From NCBI RefSeq assembly GCF_009914755.1, contig NC_060930.1: a stretch of DNA of 64,000 bases; one strand, 5' to 3'. The position numbers were made by a program, and so were the translations under genes. The notes under the pieces are model-generated. The model ran no database searches. It was not told where the DNA came from and worked only from the letters and a program-made list of their open reading frames with translations. The stretch comes from the human T2T-CHM13v2.0 reference genome, Homo sapiens. Positions 25,196 to 41,041 of the stretch are shown here, piece by piece; within the stretch, counting starts at the first letter, position 1; every line of letters starts with the position of its first letter.

Positions 25196-26188
25196 CCGTC
25201 TCATACGTTTTTGTTTTCCGTTCATTTTGGTTGTACTTGGGAACTTCGACTTTGATTGTGATTTATTTTTCTTGAGCCAACGCTGATGGAGTTTTTTATG
25301 ACTCTAGAGAAAGGTGAAATGACTAATACAAGGAAGCTGAAATAGCAATAACATTTCTTAAAATTAATTGTTAAGAAATATAGAGGCTTAAACCATATAG
25401 AAATAATAGCAGATGACATGAGACACCAGATGGAGTTCACCTAGGCACACAATGCCTGCTTGATAAACTTAAGAGAAATTGTAGAACACACTAAAAGAAA
25501 AAAATGGAAAAAATAGTCATAATGTTTAGATCTTTAAAAAAAAATATTTTGCTAAGGCCATCATTTTCTCTTTAAGACCATAGAAAATTAGTGGCTACCA
25601 GAAACATTGCAAAGATAACTAAAGATATTGATGTGAAACATGGAAGCAGCATCCTCTTACTTAATGTGCTGCTAACGAAATAAATATAAGTAAACCAAGG
25701 CTGACTACATATCCCTTATGTTATTTTTCCACCATGGTTCTAATCTTAAGAACATCAAATATATGAGACATGATGAGTGACAATGACAAAGATACTTTGC
25801 AATACAGTCTAAACCAAAGCATATGGCATGTGACATATATAGATATGTATAGATCCATTTATTGATATGTGTGTATATATATCTATGTATCTGTATCTCA
25901 TATGACATGTAATAATATACTGCCAAGAACAAGAGTAGAAGTTATTAAAATATGTTAAAAAAAAACTAATACGAAAGTTAGGATACAAGTCAAGAGAACA
26001 AATAATCTAAGAAAAATGGGAATATAGTTTCTTCAGTTGTTTATTCATATGCCAGACAGTGCTAAGTGTTAGAGGTTAAGGATGTGTAACATCTAGTTCA
26101 CTTCTATATATGCTTACAGTTTGGTAAAGAAGATAAAAATCTGTTAAGCAATGCCTTACACTAGTGGAAAAATTAGAAAAGATTTCCA

Positions 26189-26490
26189 GATTGGGTGCAG
26201 TGGTTCACACCTGTAATCCCAGAACTTTGGGAGGCCGAGGCAGGCAGATCACTTGAGGCAAAGAGTTCAAGACCAGCCTGGCTAACATGGTGAAACCCCA
26301 TCTCTACTAAAAATACAAAAATTAACCGGGTGTAATGGCGCATGCCTATAGTCCCAGCTAGAGTTCAAGAATCACTTGAATCCAGGAGGCAGAGATTGCA
26401 GTGATCCAAGATTGCCCCACTGCACTCTAGCCTGGGCGACAGAGGGAGACTCTGTCTCAAACAAACAAACAAACAAACAACAACAACAGA
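26189..26490 (+). mobile_element. AluS with internal right-arm replacement and (CAAA)n tail
   Basis: Alu dimer; TSD agaaaagatttcca / agaaagacttcca; tail aaacaaacaaacaaac. Confidence 0.93.
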
Positions 26491-27027
26491 AAGACTTCCA
26501 AGAGATTGTAAACAAACATGTAAAGTAGAAAATTAGACCAATGAGAATTCTTGAAGTATATTTTGAAGAGTTAAAAAAGCCCAAAAAACAAAAAGGAGAA
26601 AATAAATGATTTAAATGTCTATTTTTAAATGTAAGACAAAGGCAATAAAGCTGTTCCTGTAACCAAATTTCTGTTTAGTAGCTCTGTATTGTTACCACAA
26701 CATACCAATGAGAACTCTGGTTCCACGGAGGAAAACCTTTTCTATGACCCTCTAGAATAGCAAACTCAATGCCAATGGGGGAATTACAGAGTTCTTTTAT
26801 GGTTTCCTGTGTTTTGTCTGTCAATATTAATGCTAAGGACATTAATTGAGATACATGCTTCTAATTCCCCTTACTTGTATAGAAGTACTGTAGATTAGAG
26901 AAAGGATTTCCAAAACTGGGGGAAAAAAGAGTCCCTAAAAAGCAGCACCATAAAGAATTGTAAAAGAGGAGAATCATGTCCTCAAATGTTAAAAGAAGAC
27001 TTATGGATTAGCCAAGGAAATTCTCAC

Positions 27028-28090
27028 CTTTAAAGAAAAATGAGACATTATGTCAATGATTATGGGGAGGTGGGAGAAAGACAGAAATGCCTCAGAATTG
27101 TCTGGATGGTTTTATAAAACCACACCACACACTACACACGTGCATAAACACACACACACACCACACATATGTACCTGTATGATCTGATGTGCTTATGACA
27201 GTGGCATGACTCAGAACCAGGGCCATGATGAACCACTACCATTAGGGGAATATGTCTTATCCCTCTGGTGTGCTGGAGATCACAGAGTTATTTAAAAATC
27301 AGAGGGCAAGTAGCAGAAGAACTAAGGCAAAAGGAGATGCCTTGTAAAATACATTAACAATAACAGTTAAAGCAACAGAATCAACTCCCACCAATGGAAG
27401 AGTAGGGTAAGAGTAGGATACCCTGGTACTTGCCTCACTGAAAATCATCTAGAGCCAATTTAAAAGGAAAGCACAAACAACCCTCCAAAACAAATCCAAC
27501 ATAATCATTTTGTGGAGGGCAAAAATAGCCCCCAAATTACAGAAATGATGCATTTTTTAATTCAACAAAAGACAAGATCAGGAAAAAAATGAGAACAGAG
27601 GGCTATAAGTGAAATTTTTGATATTATGCACTTATGAGACACTGAAATATGCAATCCATTTTATTATTGCTGTGGAAAGTAGTGTGTATATTACTTTATA
27701 GTAGAGTTCTACAGGTAGAAATTTTATAATTGAAATAGATATTAATTATTACACATAAATGTTACTATTTTTTATTTGAGTTTGGTTATTTTTAGTTAGA
27801 AACTGCCTATAGTTTAACCCTGATAACACGGTTAAATTTTTACTTACAAATATAGTAAACTAAAAGAGCTTTTTCATTCTAGCATGCCCATATTGTGGGC
27901 TTATGTTTTCACCCTCTGCAATATTCCAAACTTGTCTTTAAAGGAAAATGAGACATTCTATCAATGATTATGGGGAGGTAGGGGAAAGACAGAAATGCCT
28001 TAGAATTATCTGGGTGATTTTACAAAACCGCACCACACAGATGCACACGCGTGAGCAAGTGTGCACACATGCATGCGCGTACACACACAC
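27028..28090. repeat. Dispersed direct repeat of ~105-130 bp (copies from 27028 and 27936)
   Basis: ctttaaagRaaaatgagacatt...tcaatgattatggggaggt...gaaagacagaaatgcct...agaatt...aaaacc.caccacaca present twice, 908 bp apart. Confidence 0.9.
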
Positions 28091-29084
28091 AGACGTAGAA
28101 GTCCTATTTCTTCAAAGTAAAAACAAGTTGAGTGTTCATACTCTGTATCAGAAAAAAATACCAAAAGTTTAATGAAGAGCTTACTCCCCTTTTGTTTTAA
28201 TTTACTGAAATCATCTATCTATATATATTTTTAATTGTCAACATTATTTTGGATTTTATCTTTCCAACTACTGTTTTCTTGTTGCTCCTTAAAGAAATTA
28301 TTTTGGGGAATATGAAGCTTCATGTTTACAGATTTGCAGACCCTTTGATAACACAAGAGGATGACAGAACTGCCTCAGGTTATCTTCTGAGCTGGCAGAC
28401 TTCTCAAATTTGCACAGACACAACCTTTAGTGACCTTTGGAGCTCTGAAACTACATGAATCATCATTAAAGGAAAATTGAACCAAAGCCACTGGGAAGTT
28501 CCTTTTTCAGAGGATTAACTTCGTTTCGTTTCATACATAAGCAATGAAGGTATGTATAGATCCATGTCATTTCTCAGGTCGAGTTAAACTGTCCTGTGAT
28601 TTAAAAGTTATAGTAAGTACATGATTTTATTTGAAACTCTATATAGCTAATAAAGACAAAGAGAACAGCTAATTCGAAATTGCCTGCACAAGAAAATTAA
28701 AATTTCCAAAATCTATTATAATTTTGTCACTCTAAATGAAGATTCATGTGACATGTTGGACTCCCATACAGAAGACTACTTCAGGACTGTCTTTCTATAA
28801 TTACGACTTTCACTTCATTAATAATTATAATGCCTTTTCCTATATGCATCTGTCCATCAGCAAGTGAAGACAGGAATTGCCTGACCTTACACGAAAAATA
28901 AACTCTCAATTCAAATCATAATGAAGTTGGTAAAACAGTTTGGCTTTAGGGAGATGAAGATGATGTATTGTGGGGAAAAAAGTCTCTTATTACTAAGGTA
29001 TATTTTATCCCCATATAAAGTAGCAAAATAATATTATTTATTCATAAACAAAAAAGAGTGATCTAAAGGTTTTCCCAAGTTATT

Positions 29085-29136
29085 TTAGATTGGTGCAAAA
29101 GTAATTGCAGTTTTGCCGTTATTTTGATGGCAAATA
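29085..29136. mobile_element. Truncated MADE1
   Basis: ttagattggtgcaaaagtaattgcagttttgcc...atggcaaa; second TIR incomplete. Confidence 0.8.
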
Positions 29137-29232
29137 ATATTAACACATCAACATATATAGGATATCAGATCTGAATTTAAAAGGTCAGTTTATAAATTGT
29201 ATATCGTTCTCTCCAGATATAAAGTGGATTCC

Positions 29233-31129
<1,897 letters not shown>

Positions 31130-31393
31130 TTAATCATTTGTCTCTGTGAGGCTTTGCAAATTTCAAAGCATCCTCGGCATTCTCAGGGGGCTTTCTCTCC
31201 TGAGCCTCTGGGATGCATCTCAATCAATTTTATTGCATTTAGTTTGTAGAATAGGTAAATTTGGACAACATGTCAATATCCTAAAACACTGAAAATCCTA
31301 AATCCTTGAGGGTGGAAGTTCTTATCGCTTCAAACGTACTAGTGCAGGACCTGGATATAGTAGGTGCATGATATTAAAAAAAAAAAAATCAAA

Positions 31394-32092
31394 GTAGAGA
31401 TCTTTCACCTCCCTAGTTAGCTGTATTCCTACATAAATTATTTTTTTTGTGTGTGGCTATTGTAAATAGGATTGCATTCTTGATTTGGCACTCATCTTGA
31501 ATGTTGTTGGTGTATGGAAATGCTACTGTTTTCTGTACACAGGTTTTTTGTGCCCTGAAACTTTGCTGAAGTGGTTTATTAGATGTAAGAGCTTATGTGC
31601 AGAGACTCATTAGGGGTTTTCTAAGTATAAAATCATGCTGTCTGCAGAGATAGTTTGACTTCCTCTCTTTCTATTTGGATGCTTTTTATTTCTTTCTCTT
31701 GCCAAATTGCTCTGCCTAGGCCCTCCAATACTACATTGAATAGGAGTGGTGAGAGTAGGCATCCTTGTCTTATTCCAGTTTCAAAAGGAATGCTTCCAGC
31801 TTTTGCCTGTTCAGTATGATGTTGTCTGTGGGTTTGTTATAGATGGCTCTTATTATTTTGAAGTATGTTCCTTAAATGCCTAGTTTGTTGAAGGTTTTTA
31901 ACATGAAGGGATGTTAAATTTTATCAAAAGCCTTTTCTGCATCTATTGAGATGATCATGTGGTTTTTGTTTTTAGTTCTGTTTACGTTATAAATCACATT
32001 TATTGATTTGCATATGTTGAACCAATCTTGCATCCCAGGGATAATGCCTACTTGATTGTGGTTAATTAGGTTTTTTGATATGCTGCTGGATT
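31394..32092 (-). mobile_element. L1P ORF2 (RT-region) internal fragment
   Basis: gtagagatctttcacctccctagttagctgtattcct...aaagccttttctgcatctattgagatgatcatgtgg. Confidence 0.9.
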
Positions 32093-34619
32093 ATTAACTT
32101 TTCTATCAGTGTTTGAATAAAGTAAAAGTCATATGCCTCATGGAAATGCCATTGAGAAGCTTCTTAGAAGTTTGGATTCCTGAATTACATCTTCCATAGA
32201 CTTCCCAGAATCCACATGACAACAAAATGTACACTCCACTGGTACCATTTAAATTAATAGAACATTGTGCTGGAATTAAGTTGAAAAGCACATTCTTAAC
32301 ATCCCTATTTCAATGATGTAAAAAAAAAAGAAGAAAGAAAGAAATGAAAAGAAAATAAAAAAGAAAAGAAAGGCTTCCTAGAACATCATGGACTACGGAA
32401 TAAAATTCAAAGAACTCTTTCATTCAACACAATGTAAATTATATTATGGTTCCTTTCCCAAAGCTGACCCTTGCTTATGACATGTTCTATATTCATAATG
32501 TTCGTATTCATGAGACTGTCACCTGATAACTTTTGCCTAAGTTGTTTGCACCAAGTACCATGACAAAAGCATTTTCATTGTCTTTTTGTTAAAAAACTGA
32601 TACACAGGAAATAAATCAAGCAAATCATTACATTATCATCATCAGTCCAAATTGTTCATATGTAGATGGAATAAAGTATTTTATTATTCCAAATATTTTA
32701 TAAATGTTTAATTGGAATAGTAAAAAATAGAATATTTCCAACTTATTAATTCATTCTCATTCTTTCCTTCTGACCAGGCTTAGGAAACAGAAAAGCAATT
32801 TTCTTACCCTACTTCAAAGAGTCCCATGAGACTCATTTCCCCAACAAAAAACTCCCAAATCATCATTAAACCTATAGGTAACAGAAACAAAGATGAAGTT
32901 AGTGAGACAAATAATAGCCAAGCCTATGATGTAACAAAAAGTTCTTTATTCTCAGAAACCTCTTTAGTAAATGAATTGTTCTGTTTGTGAGATATCAGTC
33001 TAGACTATAATTCTATTTAGAAAGAGGCTTGGGATTTTACCTCAATGAATGGACTAGTTAGATATCACAATGGAAATTATTATAACCAGGGCCTCTGGAG
33101 ACAACAAATATAACTTTGTAAGGATTTCCTACTTGGTAATGGAGATAAGAACGTCAGAGTTGTTCAAGGAAAGTTACAATCCACAATCTCTGTTCTCTTT
33201 CTAGCAAATATATATTATATAATATATCTTAGTATATATTGTAAGAAATATACTTACTATATGTATTTGTATATATAGTAAGAAGTAATGGTAAATAAAA
33301 GGAAGACAGAGCTAATGAAGAAAAGATTCTTTCACCTTATTCGTGCAGGGCCGAAACTGTTAAATATGTGCTGCTTATTAAGAAACTAATGTCTGAAATG
33401 GATCCACTTGTCTAATTTTAGCATTTTCCATGTATTATTTTAACATATCTCGGAAAAAGGGACTATAAATCCTAATTCAACTGTGTTACTATAGTAAACA
33501 TCATATTTACAAGTCATTCTGTGGGAATTATGCAAAGCCGCGTCTCCATTAACACTCCCTTTGTTTCCTCCATTGCCAAATGGAAGAACAGAATAGATAC
33601 CATCACAATCTTGGGTTAAAAAGAATATCTCTCTAGGAAACAAAGCTGAAGGGGGGTTGGTGGGGGAATGAAGTTACTCAAGGGGCATCTGATTAAATGA
33701 AAGAAGCCAGGCAGACAGAAGCACAGAGGGTAATAGCTATTTTGATCCAGTGAGTATTGACCACAAAGAAAAAAAAAAAAAGGATCTACATTGTCACAAT
33801 TACTCCTATCTGACAAAGTCTAAACGTTTCTAGGTCACCACGTACCGAGTTTTACCAAAGTGACTTTCAGATGTCACATAACTATATAATTTCTCTTTTG
33901 GCTGAAGTTAATCACATAAACTAGGAGGTCTTTGAAGACCAGATTGACCCTGATCTGGATGTACTCATTCTTTACAGCTTGTTCAATGAGGAAACTATTG
34001 CAGTCTTAGGCAGTCTTAAAAATAACAGAAAGAACATTTTCACAAGAACCTATACATTAGGTGGGGAAGAAATAACCACTTTCAAATAGCTTTTCTTTCC
34101 TCCACTTGATTACACTCATTATGTTTTGACGTTAGGCTTTCAAGCTGGTCAACATTTATGGAGACAAGAAAAAAAGGGGTTACAACGACTGGCCACAAAC
34201 ACCACACTTTGATTGGAAAGGAAGAATAATGTCCAAGAATGTGGTGAAATTAGCACACCTAGAGTACTGGGAATATCCAGCTTCAACCTGGAGGATCACA
34301 AGAAAGATTTTCCTGGGCGACAAGATGTCAAGGGAAGCACCTCATCTGACTACAGAAAACAACGACATCTGGAGAAGTTATTTCCTGCATAATCGGGAAA
34401 AAGAAATGAATCAATCACTTTTAAAACAGGTTCTTCCTTTTCTACTGTCATCTATGCATCATTAATGATTCACTCAAACTACTGAGTTTAAGTTGAGTAA
34501 CATTTAGATGAACTTATATGGACTATGGCATATTCAGTCACAATTATTCACTTATTTTTCTTAGCTTGTGTTAATCTTCCCAAATCTCACTTAGGTATGA
34601 TCAGATATGTTTAATCATT

Positions 34620-36070
34620 TATGAATAAATTGTGTAGTTTTTAATTTTAAAATATTTTGTCGGTTATACATGCACGTATTCAGTCAAACAGTTCTACAAA
34701 ATCATATATATTTAATGAGTCAAATCGTTGTACATGACTTACTAAGAAAAACATAGCTTCTTTCCACACCTCTTGCCTCCATTCCATCCTCCAGGCAACT
34801 ATTTTAACTCTTTTAGTTCTTTATCTCTATATAACCTACTTAAACTGCCACACTCTGAATTTTCAGTTTTAGGCATAATCTATGGATTTGGCAGTATGGA
34901 AACAGAGACTTACTTCTTTTTCTCTACCCCTACCAAACCCAAAAGCACACTCATTTCTCCATTTCCCCAGTATTGTTACATTATCTTTGTGGTTTTATAT
35001 TCAGTACTAAGCCACACAGTACACAATGGTGATTTGCATAATTGTTTTCTCCCTGCAGTCTTGCATTACTTGTTTCCTTTGTTTATTACGTTTCTAATTC
35101 GTCTCCCTCATGCTCCTTATTTGTATAACTCCTTTTTCATTAAGTTGAAACCTGTTACATAGATTCTATTAATTTTATCCCCTGGAGACAACTTCCCAGA
35201 GTCTCCTGACCTGGTCCAATATGGACTGCCTGGCTGCTGGGTGCTGCATGGGTCATCAACCTGAGAGCTTTCTGACCACAATCGTGGGTCTCCCACATGT
35301 CTCCCTGCATGTCTCTTATGTATTTTATGTCTCTTTTGTCCTCTTTAGATGTCCTCCCATTTTAGTGGAGTGCATTTTCCAGTAGATTCCTGGTAAAGAA
35401 CCATGGACTTTGTTTCATCATCTTGAAATGTTACTAACGAGAAATTCAATTACATTTTGTTTCTTGATCCTTTTAAGCTATGTTTTTCAATTTTGGAAGT
35501 GGTTAGAATCTTCTTATTCCAAATATTCTGAAATCTCTCAATAATATACTATGTGGATTTTGTTTCCATTTATTTCTCACAGCACCTCTTGTGAACATCT
35601 TTGGTATGGAGACATAGGTCATTCAGGAGCAGGAAATGATGTTTTGACAATTTTCTCCCTTTTGTTTTCTTCATTCTTTCTTTTCAGTTTCCTAGTATAT
35701 GGATGTTGGTCCTACCATACAAATCCTCTAGTTTTCTTATCCTCTTGCTCCTAGTTTTTATATCTGCCTTTTAACCTATTTTGTAGGATATTTTACCCTT
35801 TGAATGTTTTACTCACTTTTTAGTTTCTGCATTATATATTTAATTCCCATGGGCTCTTTCTTATTCTCTGACTGCTTTTTGTATAGTACTGTGTTCTTGT
35901 TTCAGGGATACTATTACATTTCTTTCTGTTTCTTCACTCTCTTTCTCTATATTTTTTCAAATTGTTTTCATTTTTGTTGGTTTTTGGTTAGTGATTTTAT
36001 TATAACTTGTTTGTTTCACATAGAAGGTTTCTTAAGATGACCATTGAGTCTGAACTGTCAAGTCATAGAT
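34620..36070 (-). mobile_element. Highly degenerate L1M(E) relic
   Basis: T-rich strand with ccaggcaactattttaactc and ttctgaaatctctcaataatat motifs. Confidence 0.4.
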
Positions 36071-36874
36071 AAAAGTAGAACAAAAAGAGCTGATGGAGTT
36101 TTGCATGAGAATGGAGCTTTCCACCTATGGGCTTCCCTTAGGAGCTCTGTACTGTGGGGAAGGCAGATCTTGAGAGGAATCATCAGTCTTTGCAAGACAA
36201 CTACTTCACAGGAAACCATCACAATGTCTACAAGCTAAGGGACACTAACTTCCAGGAGAGAACAGTGCTCTTTTAGAGGCCTAGGAGTCTTGGCAGAATT
36301 TATGATTCAATTTTCCCAGCTTCCTAAAAATCTGCTCAAATGTTATCATTCTAATTTTCAGTGATCCCACTCCTTCACAACCAATGCCCTAACTTTAACC
36401 TAAGATACTCTGTGAGAGTAAAGATAGAATTCGTTTTATTATTCAGCCAAATGAAGTATTAGACTTTGGATTTGGTTTCCAGAAACCTTGATCCTGTAAT
36501 TATAGGAAATAAGGTTTCTTTTAGGGCAGTTACAGAAGCTCTGACCTTTTGCTTATACCTTGATCCGGAACTTAAATTTTCTTTCTCCAAGTTGGTTCCT
36601 CTTAGAAATCACCTACAAAACATTATAGTTCTTATGTCCACTAAAAAGTCCTATGGAAGCACCTACATAGTCAACCAAAATCTTGTCTTCTGTCGACATT
36701 TGATTACAGGTGACTCTGGGTTAATTTAAGTAAGCCTTTTTCCACCACATACCGTGAAATACCATGTTTGCTTTGATATTGTCAACAAAGTCATTTTAAC
36801 CAATCAGATCACACAACCAATTCCAGATTCCCATTGTTAAGTTTCTGCTCCTCTGCAACCTCTAGAAATATCAT

Positions 36875-37440
36875 TTAGGGATTAATCAAAAAACAAAACT
36901 ATTATGAGCATTATGAAATAAAGGATTTATTATAGGAATAAAATCTTATACAATTTTTTTAAAAGCTAGGAAATAAAGGTCTTAAGGGAGCATTGGAGAA
37001 TTAGGCAGAGGTCACTAACCAGCCTTCCTGAAACATTGGTAGGCATAGATAAGTCAGAGTCTACAAGGAAATATGTCAAAATAAGCACATCCTGTTGCCA
37101 CAGCGAGACTGCATAGATTAGAGCTGGTAAGAAAGTCCATGGAAGGTGACTGACTCTGTGTTGGGTGGTGATCTAGGATATTCTTTCTACCCAGAGCTAG
37201 TAGAAGAAAAACTGGACTTGGAGACAGAAAGAACCAGGACAAGATGGAATTTGTGGGTACCTCTGCATCTGTCTCTCACCACAACTAACATGTTGACCCT
37301 CAGAAAGCAATGGTTGTTGCATCACTTCTGCCTTAAAAATCCCGTAAAACATTTTCATTTGGCCAACTCTAGCCTGGAACTGTACAGAGAGGAGGATTCT
37401 GGGTGTTGTAGTTTCAGCTTATCCAAACTGACACCATGCA
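36875..37440. mobile_element. Old ERVL-type solo LTR
   Basis: aaggatttattataggaat...tggccaactctagcctggaact...ggattctgggtgttgtagtttcagctta...actgacac, similar to LTR33/LTR50-group ends. Confidence 0.45.
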
Positions 37441-37907
37441 GAATCCATTACAAGTTATGTGTTAAATAACTGACTTGGCAGAAACTTATTATTAAATGAA
37501 GAACTATGTTTTCCACACAAAATCCTTAAATGTGTGATACTACTAATCCCATCTCTTGTTTATATGGTCCCTCTACACTTTGATCTTTCTCTTTTTACAT
37601 CTGTATTCTCAAATTTCTCAATTTTTTAATGCTGGAATGAGAAAAAATAAAATCTTATAGTTTTAAAACTTCACCAATAAGTCATCTAAAGATCAGGTAA
37701 TGTGAAACCTAAAATTAGTAGTTAAAATAAAATTAATATATTTTTTAGTTTTTCCACTTTGCAGATTTAAGCGAAAATTGATATTGGGGAACTCTTCTTT
37801 TAGTTCTTAATTCACTTGAAGTAGAAGAAATATCATTTCAGCTTTTTTGTTGTGTTTATTTGGTAATGAGTTTCCTGTACTTTACTACTTTGATAACTCT
37901 TCCAAGG

Positions 37908-38249
<342 letters not shown>

Positions 38250-38342
38250 TAATAATTTATGCACAGTAGTTAATAAAAAAAAGAATTACAGTGAAATAGT
38301 AAAATAAAAATCCTGATATACAGTAATGTCAAATGAAAACAA

Positions 38343-38372
38343 TATTAGTTGAATATTAATATTCAACTAATA
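38343..38372. repeat. 30-bp perfect palindrome
   Basis: tattagttgaatattaatattcaactaata is its own reverse complement. Confidence 0.95.
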
Positions 38373-41041
38373 ATGATTTATGTAATGAACATGCATATAA
38401 AAAGCACATAGAAGGTTATTATTATAGTAATTAATCATCAGAATGCATATAATTGAATGTAAGTTTGGAGAAGACAGAAACCGAAGAGACGCAAATTACC
38501 CTAGAAAACACCTACTCTGAACTAGGGCCATTCATATCTTCCCACAAAAAGCTATTTTATCTCCTATCTGAGAAAAGATAAATGTCTTTAGAGACATGCA
38601 ATAAAATCAAGGTCATTTCTAAAATGTGGGGCTAGCTTAAAAGTAAATTTTGTGAAGTGATCCTGGAAGAAGAATATAAACACGTTAGAGGAAAGGTGAA
38701 CTCAATTAATTTGATCTTCTTTCAAGTGGAATTCTTCAGATCATAGAGAAAGCAGATGGATAGATGACTATCAAGAAATAACAGCAAAGATTACAAGGGC
38801 TTTTGCTTCATGCTTATTTACGATATTTATTTTAAAGATTTATAAACATTCATATTTATATGAACTTACATGTGGATCTTATGGGTTTATAGATAAAGAC
38901 AATGTTAGAGTTAATATTACAAATACATTTAGACTGTGAGTAATTTTCTCGAATTTTAATGAAATCCTATATAATAGCTTACTTCAAGTTGCCAAACAAA
39001 ATGTAAATTTCTTCCTACTAATGTTGCAATAACATTATTCTGAAAATCTTTTTACTTGATTTAAATTGTTTCTTTTCCATTGGCTTCATTATTTTTTTAT
39101 GTTTTACCCATGATAACACTAAAAGGGACAAATTGGCCTACTAGTTTTCTCACTACTCTCCCCTTCAACAATTTCTCTACAGAAAAGGTTTCTTTAGTTA
39201 TTTAGTTAATTGCATTCTGTTATAAAGTCATCAAGATAATTTTATAAGTTTGAATCAAATGCTAATATTCTCTATTCTGGACAAACAAATGTTGCACATG
39301 TAGGGTGGGAAATGGGATCTGCATTTATGATCCCTAAATGGCTTAATATTAAACTTTCTGATTATTATTATTAGTTAATTTGTACTAATTAGCTTTTTTT
39401 TAAGGAAAATAAAATATAGAACTATCGGACATAAGAACCATAATGGAATTCATTCAGCATCAGTTACTGAACTCCCTAAGTTACCATTTGAAATATCAGT
39501 TAAAAGCCATGATAGATGACATTTTTTGATAACTGACTCTTTAATCCATTTTTGACAAAATTAAAATTAAATTAGTTTTTAAGTTGTAAGTGACCATTAA
39601 ACTATTAATTTGGCTCAAGAGAGATTTAGCTTGGTTTATTATTATGTAGTGTTTTTGTTGCAGTTATTAGCCTTGAGAACAAGGACTTCATTGAACTTGT
39701 TTGCTGTTATATGCTAAGTGCCTATAGTTATACCTGTTCCAGATTCATCACTCAATGAGTAGTTGTGGAAGGATGAAAGAAAGGAAGAAAACAATTTCTC
39801 TTTTACTCAGATTTTTCTCAGAATATAGTGAGCTCTCACCAACATGAAAGACTTGCACATTTGTAGAGTGCTATTATGTTTATTAATGTATTTTCACATA
39901 TACTGTTAAAATACAATTTCATAGTAACTTTGATTATAGAATGGGCAGTTTTATTTCCATTTATTTATTTTTAATAAATGTTATTTTAGATTTATTTTTA
40001 ATAAACTGTTATTGTTGATTCACAGTGATATGGGCAAATTTGTTATACGGGTAAAATGCATGCCACAGAGGTTTAGTGTACAGATCATTTTGCCACCCAG
40101 GAAGTAAGCATATGACCCAATAGTCTTTTGACGCTTGCCCTCCTTCATCCCTCTACCGTCAAGTAGGACCTGGTGTCTGTTGTTCCCTTCTTTGTGTCCA
40201 TATGTACTCAAGGTTTAGCTCCCACTTATAAGTGAAAACATGTGATATTTGATATACCATTCCTGTGTTGGTTCACTGAGGATAGTGGCCTCCAGCTCCA
40301 TCCATGTTGCTACAAAGTACATGATCTCATTCTTTTTTATTGCTGCTTAGTATTCTACGGTGTATATGTGCCACATCTTCTTTATCCAGTCTACTGATGG
40401 GCATTTAGGTTGATTCCATGTCTTTGCTATTGTGAATAGTGCTACAATGAACATACAAGTGCATCTATCTTTATGGTAGAATGATTAACATTCCTCTGGG
40501 TGCATACCCAGTAATGGGGTTCGTGGTTTGCATGGCGATTCTGCTTTGAGTTATTTGAGAAATCTCCAAACTGCTTTACACAATGCTGAAACTTATTTAC
40601 ATTTTCACCAGCAGAATAGAAGCACTCTCTTTTCTCTGCAATATCACTGGCATCTGTTTTTTTGACTTAATAATAGCCATACGGATTGATGTGAGATAGT
40701 ATCTCATTGTGTTTTTGCTTTGCATTTCCCTAATGATTAGTGATGCTGAGCATTTTTTCATGTGTTTGTTAGCCATGTGTATGTCTTTTTTTGAAGTGTC
40801 TGTTCATGTCCTTTGCCCACTTTTTAATGGGGTTGTTTGGTTTTTGCTTGTTAATTTGATAAATTTCCTTATATATGCTGGATATTAGACCTTTGTCAGA
40901 TGCATAGTCTACAAATATTTTCTCCCATTCTGTAAGTTGTCTGTTTACTCTGTTGATAGTTTCTTTTGCTGTGCAGAAGCTCCTTAGTTTAATTAGGTCC
41001 CATTTGTCAATTTTCATTTTGTTACAACTGCTTTTAGCATC

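Noticed and set aside
33200-33290. AT-rich imperfect hairpins (cttactatat...atatagtaag)
   Set aside because: Low-complexity TA sequence is self-complementary by chance.
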